The position numbers were made by a program, and so were the translations under genes. A DNA stretch of 20,839 nt from an uncultured archaeon (lineage in GTDB: Archaea > Asgardarchaeota > Lokiarchaeia > Sigyniarchaeales > SOKP01), in NCBI GenBank assembly GCA_964388035.1, contig CAYLZE010000055.1, positions 11,070 to 31,908 of the forward strand, read 5' to 3'. Positions 1 to 8,540 of the stretch are shown here, in pieces. Within the stretch, counting starts at the first letter, position 1; every line of letters begins with the position of its first letter. Under the pieces are notes generated by a model that saw nothing but the letters and a program-made list of their open reading frames with translations, made no database searches and had not been told where the DNA came from.

Positions 1-26
1 GGCTGTACTTGTGGCTGTACTTGTGG
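1..26. repeat. 12-bp tandem repeat (GGCTGTACTTGT)x2+, encoding PQVQ repeats on the minus strand
   Basis: ggctgtacttgt ggctgtacttgt gg read directly; truncated by the window edge. Confidence 0.8.
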
Positions 27-416
27 TTGCGGTTGTTCATATATTGGTTCTATCTGTTGAGGTGTCTGAAGTGTTTCGTGAGGAATCATTTGATATACAC
101 TACTCCATATTTTTTGCGTTGGGAGTTTATTTCCGTGTTTGGCACAAGAACATCTTAACAACGTCCACGGGCCGCTCATTTTCACTTGACTTTCTATCGT
201 CTTCTCTCCGCATTTAGGGCATCGATGGATTCCATCTTGAATTAAAGGAATAAGAGGTTTCAATTCTACTAAAGGAAATTTAAAGCTTCTACCCCCGTGT
301 TTCGGGCATCTTTGTTTTACGATAACCTTTTTTGTTTCTACTTTTATTACGGAAATGGCACAAGCTTTCTTGCACTTGGGACAAGCAAATAAACTATTAT
401 AATCCTTTTTAGTCAT
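1..416 (-). CDS. Partial CDS (runs off the window edge): two tandem CxxC...CxxH zinc-ribbon repeats followed by a Pro/Gln-rich linker
   Basis: Manual translation from ATG 416 is open to base 1: MTKKDYNSLFACPKCKKACAISVIKVETKKVIVKQRCPKHGGRSFKFPLVELKPLIPLIQDGIHRCPKCGEKTIESQVKMSGPWTLLRCSCAKHGNKLPTQKIWSSVYQMIPHETLQTPQQIEPIYEQPQPQVQPQVQ. Probably absent from the ORF track because it has no stop inside the window. An in-frame TTG at 425 is an alternative start. Confidence 0.85.
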   Translation of the reverse strand, partial: MTKKDYNSLFACPKCKKACAISVIKVETKKVIVKQRCPKHGGRSFKFPLVELKPLIPLIQDGIHRCPKCGEKTIESQVKMSGPWTLLRCSCAKHGNKLPTQKIWSSVYQMIPHETLQTPQQIEPIYEQPQPQVQPQVQ

Positions 417-718
417 TTCGCTCAATCTGTTTCATTTTAAATAAAATATGAATTTGTGGATATATAAATTTAAGTATCCTTAAAATTAAATAAAAAAAGG
501 ATTATTCCTTACATTCTAAATCGCAGCATAAAATTAGTAATTGACTTCCTGTTAATCTTAAGGAGATTTAAGATGAATAGAACTGACTTTCATTTTTAAA
601 AACACGGAAGTAACCATTTGAACTCTACTTATCTCAGATTTTAAGAAATGGATATTAATACTTCCCGAATGGAATACGATAATCAAATCATAGATAAGTT
701 GAGTCGAAATAGCATTTG

Positions 719-1189
719 CTATATATGAGAGGAGGCATTTTCTGGCTTTTTAATGGGCTTGAGAACCACGCAAACTCGTTCCACGCTTCTCACATCACTT
801 CTTCCCCGAAAAGATTCAATTAATGCGTCTAATTCATTAATTTCAGGCACGTTAACTTTAATCAATACCCCGCACTCCCCAGCCAAGAAATATACTTCTT
901 CACATTGCGGAAGGACTTGAGCTTCTCTTAATAATTCTTTGATTTCCGCACTACTTTTTGGAATAACGGTGATAAAAGCCAATATGCAACTTTCCTCTTC
1001 CCTACAAACACGAATAGTAAAGCGTTCAATCACACCATCTTCTTGTAGGCGTATGACTCTTTTACGTACTGTAGACTCAGATAGATCTACTTCATCTGCT
1101 ATTTCTCGGTAGGGTCTTCGTGAATCTTCAATTAGCATTTCAAGAATATGCTTATCTTTTTCGTCCAAATTTTTCAAAACTATACTCAC
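719..1189 (-). CDS. Lrp/AsnC-family transcriptional regulator
   Basis: N-terminal LDEKDKHILEMLIEDSRRPYREIADEVDLSESTVRKRVIRLQEDGVIERF is a typical Lrp HTH; C-terminal RAM-like domain; GTG start. Confidence 0.93.
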   Translation of the reverse strand: MSIVLKNLDEKDKHILEMLIEDSRRPYREIADEVDLSESTVRKRVIRLQEDGVIERFTIRVCREEESCILAFITVIPKSSAEIKELLREAQVLPQCEEVYFLAGECGVLIKVNVPEINELDALIESFRGRSDVRSVERVCVVLKPIKKPENASSHI

Positions 1190-1248
1190 CTCATAATTGC
1201 CAACACAAAAAAAATAAAAAAATAAATTATTAAATTGTTCAAACTTTC

Positions 1249-2187
1249 TTAAAAATCTTTTAGCAAGGAAGCAAATAATCTCTCATATTCCACGGCCATG
1301 CAATGTATTCCCGCAGCCTTGGTGGATTTCTTAATCTCTTTTATGAAGGGCAGGAAAAATTTTATGTTAATTTCATCTATAGCGGCATATTTTGCGGCTT
1401 TGTCACCTTTATTTTCTTTTTCTGCAGATTTTAGGGCTTTTAAAAGGTCTTTCGGAACGGATACCCCCGGAATGTAGTTGTCAAAATACCAAGCGATACC
1501 ATAAGATTTCAAGGGAAAAATCCCTAATAAGACGGGAACATTATACTGCTCTAAATCTTTTAAAAAGTCCTTAGCTTCATCAAGATCAAAGGCCGTTTGA
1601 GTCTGAATAAAATCTACACCTTGTTCTACTTTCCTACCCACCTTAAAGATTTCGGGTTCTCTAGGATTACTATTAGGGTTCGCTACGCAACCAAAATTCA
1701 TTTCAATCTTTCCTCCTTCTATCTGATTCCCTTCATAATCCGTGCCCTCATCTATCATTTTAGATAACATTTCACAGAATTGAGTGCTATCGATATCATA
1801 TACAGGACGACCTTTCTTATGATCGCCAAGTGCTGTGTGATCGCCTGTAAGGGTTAATATATTTTTCAACCCTAACACTGCTCCGGAAAGCACATCCCCA
1901 AAAAGTGCAACTCGATTACGATCCCTTACAGTGACTTGCCATACCGCTTCTAATCCCACTTTTTCTTGCACAAAATAGCTGGGGGTTAAGGATGACATGT
2001 AAGCATCTCCTTGAGGACCATCCGTTACATTAGCAGCTACAATTTTACCCGTTTTTTTCATTTCTTCTGCGCCATGCAATATCTCGCTTAGATCGAGAAT
2101 TTTCTTGGGTTCAAGTTCTCCCGTTATGACAAATTTTCCTTTCTCAATTTCCTTGCATAAATTACTATATGCGGGTCGTTTTGCCAT
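1249..2187 (-). CDS. metF: Methylenetetrahydrofolate reductase, flavin subunit MetF
   Basis: GELEP, NVTDG, QVTVRDRNRVAL, LTLTGDH and GVDFIQTQ motifs; start codon directly abuts the metV stop. Confidence 0.92.
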   Translation of the reverse strand: MAKRPAYSNLCKEIEKGKFVITGELEPKKILDLSEILHGAEEMKKTGKIVAANVTDGPQGDAYMSSLTPSYFVQEKVGLEAVWQVTVRDRNRVALFGDVLSGAVLGLKNILTLTGDHTALGDHKKGRPVYDIDSTQFCEMLSKMIDEGTDYEGNQIEGGKIEMNFGCVANPNSNPREPEIFKVGRKVEQGVDFIQTQTAFDLDEAKDFLKDLEQYNVPVLLGIFPLKSYGIAWYFDNYIPGVSVPKDLLKALKSAEKENKGDKAAKYAAIDEINIKFFLPFIKEIKKSTKAAGIHCMAVEYERLFASLLKDF

Positions 2188-2883
2188 CTATTTTTTCTCC
2201 TCCTCTTTTTCTGGTTCGTTAGTATATTCCTTGTAAATTTCAATATAACCGGGGCTCGTGGAGAGCCGGTAATCTCGAGGCGGTCTATATTTCTTGAATA
2301 AATCCAATCGATTAAATTCCTTCAATCTTTTCCACATCTCGACCCAAGCACAAGGAATGGTATAACCTCCCACTTCACATTTCCCATCCACCATCCCACC
2401 GCACGGTCCATTGCTCAGATGCTTGGCGCAGCCAGCTCGGGGACACACGCCCCCAGTTTCTCCAAGAATGCAATCTCCACACGTTTCACAAAATTCAATA
2501 AAATTATTTTCACTATTATATTGGGCACCTCCAAAATGGCTATTTTGGGCGGGAAATGTTAAAATAGTGGGCAATACTTTATTCATCATCACGACGCCCA
2601 GACCACAAGCTAAAGATACCACGGCATCATAATCTTCGATCAAGGGACGAACGGTGGTAGCGGCAATGCGATCATCACATTGTCTTAAAACTGTAATTGC
2701 TTTCCAGATAAGATCCTTATTTTCTGTCCTTGCTTTTAATTCCAACAATTGTCCGAGAGTTTTCGCTTCATTCAAGGAGCGTGGAGGTTGACAGCACCCA
2801 TCGCATCCTGCTATCAAGATTTTATTATATGGTTTTATCAACTCATATATTTCATCAATTTCTTTTTGTTGGGTTATAATCAT
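2188..2883 (-). CDS. metV: MetV, Cys-rich (Zn/Fe-S) small subunit of methylene-THF reductase
   Basis: MIITQQK N-terminus, GCDGC, RQCD, ACGLG and CETCGDCILGETGGVCP...CAKHLSNGPCGG...CEV...CAW motifs; adjacent to metF. Confidence 0.9.
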   Translation of the reverse strand: MIITQQKEIDEIYELIKPYNKILIAGCDGCCQPPRSLNEAKTLGQLLELKARTENKDLIWKAITVLRQCDDRIAATTVRPLIEDYDAVVSLACGLGVVMMNKVLPTILTFPAQNSHFGGAQYNSENNFIEFCETCGDCILGETGGVCPRAGCAKHLSNGPCGGMVDGKCEVGGYTIPCAWVEMWKRLKEFNRLDLFKKYRPPRDYRLSTSPGYIEIYKEYTNEPEKEEEKK

Positions 2884-2970
2884 TTTTTTTATTCACATTT
2901 TTTTATATCTTTTTCAGTAAATTTTTTTGATTTCATGATTGTTATTGTACTATTTTAAAAAAATTGTAAG

Positions 2971-3855
2971 TTAAGTTGTTAATTTTTCAATTAACTTATC
3001 TGGTTTCACGCTTCTTTGTTTCAAATCTAGATCCTGTATTTCTACTCCAAGAGCAATAGCCATTATCTCGGGAAGATAAAGCACGGGAATGTCAAGCACC
3101 TTATTAGTTCTTCGAGAAAGAATCTTTTCTTTTCGATCATATTGGGTGATACAAGCCGGGCAAACAGCGATTAAAGCATCAACTTCCTCTCCCATATCTT
3201 TTAATTCGCACATTTTTTTCTCCACGAGTTCTTCTCCTATTTCTTCTTGCAATCGAGCACAATACCCGCAGCATTCGAGTTTGGTAGCAAAATCGACCGT
3301 TTTAGCCCCTAAAGTTCGAAGGATGAGATCAATCTTTTCGGGCTTTTCCGGATGATCGAATTTCATGATCTTACTCGGTCTAATCAGGTGACAACCATAA
3401 TGAACCGCAAGATTTAAATCATCTAAGGGTCTGACGACCATCTTCTTTATTTTTTCCAACCATTCGGGTTGAGTAAATATTTCCACGAAGTGATATACCT
3501 TTGTCTTTCCGCTGTAAGAATAATTAATTTTTTTCAGGATACCATTAATTTTCTTCAGATAATTCTTATCTTCTTCTAATAATACGCTTACCGTCTTTAA
3601 AGTTTCAAAACACCCGGAGCAAATGGTCAACACGTCTAATCCCATTTTTTCCGCTATAGACAGATTTCTCGCTCCTAATGTCATCCAAGTGTCAATATTT
3701 AAAGATTGTAAAGATACGGGTTCTGGACAACAACTCACGCCCTCCATTTCCTTCAGACCGATGCCTAAAATACTGGCCACGTCCCTGAAAGCCTTTTCTA
3801 AATGAGGAAGCTTCAAGGGGATGGTACAACCAAGAAATAGCGCAAAATCTTTCAT
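2971..3855 (-). CDS. hdrB: Heterodisulfide reductase subunit B (two CCG domains)
   Basis: FLGC...SCCPEP...ICSGC and HYGCHLIRP...ECCG...VCPAC motifs; GGAGGAGG SD-like sequence upstream; ATGA overlap with hdrC. Confidence 0.93.
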   Translation of the reverse strand: MKDFALFLGCTIPLKLPHLEKAFRDVASILGIGLKEMEGVSCCPEPVSLQSLNIDTWMTLGARNLSIAEKMGLDVLTICSGCFETLKTVSVLLEEDKNYLKKINGILKKINYSYSGKTKVYHFVEIFTQPEWLEKIKKMVVRPLDDLNLAVHYGCHLIRPSKIMKFDHPEKPEKIDLILRTLGAKTVDFATKLECCGYCARLQEEIGEELVEKKMCELKDMGEEVDALIAVCPACITQYDRKEKILSRRTNKVLDIPVLYLPEIMAIALGVEIQDLDLKQRSVKPDKLIEKLTT

Positions 3856-4388
3856 TTTTTGTCCTCCTCCAAATTTTTTACGAGATATCCTAATCCCGTT
3901 TCGTTAATTATAAATTGTATTTCACTCAAATTTGGTCCTTTTATCTCAGGAAGACCCATTTTCGTTCTTCTTCTATCTATTGTTTTTTTCAATCCTTCCG
4001 TATAAGGAACCACGAATCCATTTTGAAAGATAACTTCTACCGTGCTGGAATATTCTTTTGGAACCATTCCTTCCTTTGCAGCCATATTCCTCAATAATGC
4101 TAATATGAACGAGTAATCCACGTTTTTAGGACAGCGTTCCGTGCACCGATGACAAAGACTGCAGGTCCAGATCGCATTACTGCTAAGCACTTCTTCTTTA
4201 AGACCTAACAGGCAAGAAGCAACAACCCGGTGTGGTTGCATGTCCACGTATTCCGTGACGGTACAACCCGACGAACACACTCCACATTGAATACATTTCA
4301 AGAGCGATTTAGCTCCAATTTTTTCGCTAATTTCATAGCGAAAATTTAAATCTAATTCACCAGAATTTTTCTTTAACATTTCGGTCAT
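3852..4388 (-). CDS. hdrC: Heterodisulfide reductase subunit C (2x[4Fe-4S])
   Basis: CIQCGVCSSGC and IWTCSLCHRCTERCP motifs; RRRTKMGLP C-terminal motif; lies between hdrA and hdrB. Confidence 0.93.
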   Translation of the reverse strand: MTEMLKKNSGELDLNFRYEISEKIGAKSLLKCIQCGVCSSGCTVTEYVDMQPHRVVASCLLGLKEEVLSSNAIWTCSLCHRCTERCPKNVDYSFILALLRNMAAKEGMVPKEYSSTVEVIFQNGFVVPYTEGLKKTIDRRRTKMGLPEIKGPNLSEIQFIINETGLGYLVKNLEEDKK

Positions 4389-4389
4389 T

Positions 4390-7300
4390 TTAGGCCATCA
4401 CCTTTTCCATTTTTTTTTCCTTTTCTTTTTTTTCGATTTTATCTCCCGTTTTCTTTAAGGGACCAAGCTGCTTGATTTGCTTCACGAAATCCGTGACTGC
4501 TTCAGAGAATCGTTTTCCCTCACTGGCGGATATCCATTCTAGTCTAAGACGGTCTTTATTTATCCCCACTTTTTCAAGAATATCTTTCAGTTCATTATAA
4601 CGCTGTAGCATATCGTAATTTCCCTCTAAATAGTGGCAATCTCCAATATGACAACCTCCAATGAATACACCATCCGCCCCTTCTAAGAATGCTTGTAATA
4701 TGAACCTTTTTGGAATTCTACCCGTGCACATGACTCTTATCGGGCGAATATTGGTGGGGTATTGAAAACGACTCACACCGCAAGTGTCTGCTCCCGCATA
4801 GCTGCACCAATTGCATAAGAACGCCACGATGCGGGGACGTTCATCTATGAAATCTCCTCGAACGGCTTCCCGAATCATCGGATAAAGCTGTTCATCAGCA
4901 AAGTGGCTCATCGTAATTGCTCCTGCAGGGCATGCTGCTGCACAGTCTCCACAACCTTTACAGAGCAAGGGGTTTGATTGAGATACCAAGATTTCATTAT
5001 CAAAATTCACACCTATGGCTCCAAAATTACACACCTCTTCACATTTTTGACATCCTATGCATAATGCGGGATTCACAACCGAGACGAGGGGCTCATTTTC
5101 CACTTCTCCTGAAATGAGCGGGATGAGAGCATGAGCTGCTGCCCCTCTCCCTTGAGATATCGAATCAGCAATTCCTTTGGGGCCATGACAAGTACCCGCC
5201 AGATAGATTCCATCCGTCGCAAAATCTACGGGACGCAGTTTCACGTGCGCTTCCAAGAAAAAGCCCTTTTGATCCCGAGCACATTTGATCATCTCCCCTA
5301 ATTTTTCCGTATCATTAGGTATTAACGGCGTGGATAGTATTACCCGATCCGCATTAATAGTGAGATCAATCTGAGTTAAAATATCTTTAACTTCCACGTT
5401 AAGACGATTATTCGCAACCTCTACAGTTGGATAGTCATTAAATCGAATATAATTGACATTCTCTCGCGCTTTCCAATAATAGGGTTCTTCATCGGTACCC
5501 ACCCTTATATCTCGATACAATACGTAAATGTTGGATCTGGGATAATTTTCTTTTACATATAACGCGTGTCGGATTGATTCCGAACAACAGATTAGGGAAC
5601 AATAAGTTACTCCATTACCACCCTCTGGTTGCCGAGAGCCGACGCAATGGATGAATACTAATGTTTCCCCATCCTTTAACTCATTATTTCTCAATTTTTC
5701 GGATAATTCGAGTTGAGTCATCACTTTATCTTCCAATCCCTTCTCGCCGTAATGATACCATCCCTCAGGTTTATACTCATGGGCGCCCGTAGCGGTGATG
5801 ATTACTCCGACATTTAAACTTACTTCATCACCTTTTAAATTGTTATTGACTGATACTTTAAAGTCCCCGATGGATCCTTTCACGTCCTTTACTTCGGAAT
5901 TTAGATATGTAGTGATTCGTTTTTCATCATGGAATTCTTTTATTTTTTTATTTAAAAAGTCAGCAGAGTCGATTCTCTCAAAATTAATCTTGTAAATGAG
6001 GTTTAATTGTCCTCCCAATTTATCTGTTTTTTCAACGAGGTGAACCTTGAATCCCTTTTTAGCAATTTCTAGGGCTGCACTAATTCCTGCGATTCCTCCT
6101 CCCACGACTAGAGCTTCGGGTACCACGCTTCCTTTAATTTTATATTCCGGCTTCAAAACTTGCGCTCGTGCAACACCCATGCGAATTAAATCCTTTGCCT
6201 TATCCGTGGCTTTTTCCGGTTCTTTCATGTGTACCCAAGAATCTAATTCCCGAATACTCACGAAGTTAAACAAGTATTCATTTAACCCTGCTTCCCGAAT
6301 AGTATGTTGAAATAATGGTTCATGAGTTCGAGGCGTGCAAGCAGCTACAACAACACGGTTTAAATTTAATTCTTCAATCTTTTCTTTTATAATATCTTGA
6401 GTTAGACTTGAACAGCTATACTTATTATGCATGGCAAATACTACTCCCGGAAGAGTCTTTGAATATTCCACAATTTCTGGAATGTTCATGTATCCCCCTA
6501 TATTAACTCCACACTCACATACGAACACTCCAATACGTGATTCATCATATTTAGTAATTGGTTTCAGAGCAGGGAGCTCTACCTTGGTTTCTTCCTTACT
6601 TAAGGGGGTAGCATGTAATGCAGCTAATGCAGCCGCCCCTCCTGCTTTTGCCACGGAATTTGCGATGTCATCGGGAGATTGACATGAACCTGTTACATAG
6701 ATGCCTTCTTTAGTAGAATGCGTGTCTTCAGTAGAATTTGTAGTTTTATAAAAACCTAATTCATTCTTTTCAATCCCTAAGATCTTAGCCAGCTCATCCG
6801 AGTCTGTTCTAGGAATAACCGCATTGGCCAATACCACCAAATCAAATCTATTAGTTTCCACTTCTCCCGTATCTAAATTTGCATGTTTAACCAATAATTC
6901 ATGTGTTTCAGGATCTTCCCGAACATCTCCCGGTATCCCATGGTAATATTTTAGTTTATACTCCTCTTTAGCACGCTCTATAAATTCCTCTTGATTCTTA
7001 CCAATAACTCTGGTATCATTATAAAAAATAGTTACTCGCGTATCTGGAGCGTGTTCTCTCGTAACTACCCCTTCTTTTGCCATGTACATGCAGCAAAACT
7101 TCGAACAATACGCACATAAGTCTTCATTTCTGGAACCAACGCAAGCTACAAAAGCAATCTCGTGGGCGTGTTCTCCATCAGAAGGCTTCAATAGTTGCCC
7201 TTCCGTAGGACCTGAAGCACTAAGCAACCTTTCATATTGCATGGCCGTGATCACATTGGGATACTCTCCGTAATGATATCGAGTAAGAATACTTGGATCC

Positions 7301-7902
7301 AAGAGATCATAGCCCGTAGCAACGATGATGGAGGCCACATCGTACTCAGCAATTTCATCTTTCATGTCAAAATTTATTGCTCCAGCTTCACATTCCTTCA
7401 AGCATAATTTACAGGCACCCTTCGTCAGGAATAAACAGCGATCTTTATCAATCGTTGCTTTTCTCGGAACCGCTTGCGGAAAGGGAATGTAAATGGCTGT
7501 CCTATTTCCCATCCCTTCTTCAAATTCATTCGGGATTTTTTTCATGGGACACTTCTCGGAGCACGCCCCGCATCCGGTACATTTTTCCGTGTCTACAAAT
7601 CGTGATTTTTTCAAAACTTTCACGTGAAAATCTCCCGCTTTTCCTGAAACTTCTTGTACTTCGGAATATGTTAATAATTCGATTCGTGGATGTCGAGCCA
7701 CCTCTACCATTTTAGGCGCCAGAATGCAAATACTACAATCCAGGGTTGGAAATGTTTTATCTAATTGAGCCATGCGCCCTCCAACCGAGGGAGTTTTTTC
7801 CACTAAAATGACGCGATATCCTTGGTCCCCTAAGGTCAGTGCGGATTCAATCCCTGAGATGCCACCGCCGATCACCATAATATTACTATTTTGCATAATC
7901 AT
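4390..7902 (-). CDS. hdrA: Tandem HdrA-HdrA-MvhD fusion flavoprotein (1170 aa)
   Basis: Two FAD Rossmann motifs (VIGGGISG; VVGGGIAG), DKTFPTLDCSIC, two CVGSR...CSxxCC clusters, ferredoxin motifs, and a C-terminal MvhD [2Fe-2S] domain (AFLCNWCSYAGAD, RVMCTGR, GGCHIGDCHY, LEWISASEG). Confidence 0.93.
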   Translation of the reverse strand: MIMQNSNIMVIGGGISGIESALTLGDQGYRVILVEKTPSVGGRMAQLDKTFPTLDCSICILAPKMVEVARHPRIELLTYSEVQEVSGKAGDFHVKVLKKSRFVDTEKCTGCGACSEKCPMKKIPNEFEEGMGNRTAIYIPFPQAVPRKATIDKDRCLFLTKGACKLCLKECEAGAINFDMKDEIAEYDVASIIVATGYDLLDPSILTRYHYGEYPNVITAMQYERLLSASGPTEGQLLKPSDGEHAHEIAFVACVGSRNEDLCAYCSKFCCMYMAKEGVVTREHAPDTRVTIFYNDTRVIGKNQEEFIERAKEEYKLKYYHGIPGDVREDPETHELLVKHANLDTGEVETNRFDLVVLANAVIPRTDSDELAKILGIEKNELGFYKTTNSTEDTHSTKEGIYVTGSCQSPDDIANSVAKAGGAAALAALHATPLSKEETKVELPALKPITKYDESRIGVFVCECGVNIGGYMNIPEIVEYSKTLPGVVFAMHNKYSCSSLTQDIIKEKIEELNLNRVVVAACTPRTHEPLFQHTIREAGLNEYLFNFVSIRELDSWVHMKEPEKATDKAKDLIRMGVARAQVLKPEYKIKGSVVPEALVVGGGIAGISAALEIAKKGFKVHLVEKTDKLGGQLNLIYKINFERIDSADFLNKKIKEFHDEKRITTYLNSEVKDVKGSIGDFKVSVNNNLKGDEVSLNVGVIITATGAHEYKPEGWYHYGEKGLEDKVMTQLELSEKLRNNELKDGETLVFIHCVGSRQPEGGNGVTYCSLICCSESIRHALYVKENYPRSNIYVLYRDIRVGTDEEPYYWKARENVNYIRFNDYPTVEVANNRLNVEVKDILTQIDLTINADRVILSTPLIPNDTEKLGEMIKCARDQKGFFLEAHVKLRPVDFATDGIYLAGTCHGPKGIADSISQGRGAAAHALIPLISGEVENEPLVSVVNPALCIGCQKCEEVCNFGAIGVNFDNEILVSQSNPLLCKGCGDCAAACPAGAITMSHFADEQLYPMIREAVRGDFIDERPRIVAFLCNWCSYAGADTCGVSRFQYPTNIRPIRVMCTGRIPKRFILQAFLEGADGVFIGGCHIGDCHYLEGNYDMLQRYNELKDILEKVGINKDRLRLEWISASEGKRFSEAVTDFVKQIKQLGPLKKTGDKIEKKEKEKKMEKVMA

Positions 7903-7928
7903 TCATTTTTTTAAATTTTTTTTTCCGT

Positions 7929-7940
7929 TTTTATATAAAA
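7929..7940 (-). promoter_or_regulatory. Candidate TATA box for the hdr-met operon
   Basis: TTTTATATAAAA 27-38 bp upstream of the hdrA ATG; the AT-rich background limits certainty. Confidence 0.45.
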
Positions 7941-8354
7941 TGATAGACTTTTTTTACTAATTTAGTAAATATGTCGAGATCCTTTATATATCTTACGCTT
8001 AATATAGGAAATCGTGTATTATCATGGTAAGATATAATTGAGAAATATTAAATCTTCCCTTTAATTTGATTAATTTTCACTATTTTATTACATTTTTTTT
8101 TAAAATAGCTTTTTTTTAGTTTAAAAATACAGAATTTTCTTTTATTAAGATCCAGAAATAGTCCTTTTTGTGCTTAGCAATATCAAAAAAAGGAATTCAT
8201 TATCATTTTCCATAATTAATCTATAAAATAATATTATTTTTAATCATATTTAAAGGGAAGTTATTTCAGTTTTTCTCAACAAAAATAATGAATTTTTTTA
8301 AGTTAAATATCGCCCCTCCATGTAGCTTCGAAGGCAAAATTTTTATTAAGACAA

Positions 8355-8382
8355 AAATCATAACCTTAATTAACATTGTGAA
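8355..8382 (+). promoter_or_regulatory. Candidate BRE/TATA (AAATCATAACCTTAATTAA) overlapped by an operator-like site TTAACATTGTGAA (8370-8382)
   Basis: AAATCATAACCT is identical to 10330-10341 upstream of the MFS gene; 8370-8382 is a 12/13 match to the palindrome at 20710-20722. Confidence 0.5.
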
Positions 8383-8540
8383 AGTTTGATGGAAATTATT
8401 GAAAAATATTAATTAGATAAGATAAAAATAAACGAGATTGATAAAAAACTAAAAATGATTGTTATAATCGATCTCCAACCATATAACGTCCATTAAACGG
8501 ATATTAAAATAACACTTAAATATAAAAAGATTTTGAAGAA

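Noticed and set aside
11-217. 68-aa plus-strand ORF
   Set aside because: Antisense shadow of the zinc-ribbon gene.
4390-7902. Selenocysteine recoding in HdrA/MvhD
   Set aside because: The frame is open with Cys at all cluster motifs. There is no in-frame TGA and I saw no convincing SECIS.
1392-7960. Numerous short plus-strand ORFs over the hdr-met operon (and similar ones over the kinase, MFS, GTPase, PEPCK, dehydrogenase and ThDP genes)
   Set aside because: Antisense to well-supported genes, with no recognisable motifs.
8308-8336. Small GC-richer patch with a CTTCGAAG palindrome in the hdrA/kinase spacer
   Set aside because: Too short and unstable to support an ncRNA or riboswitch call.
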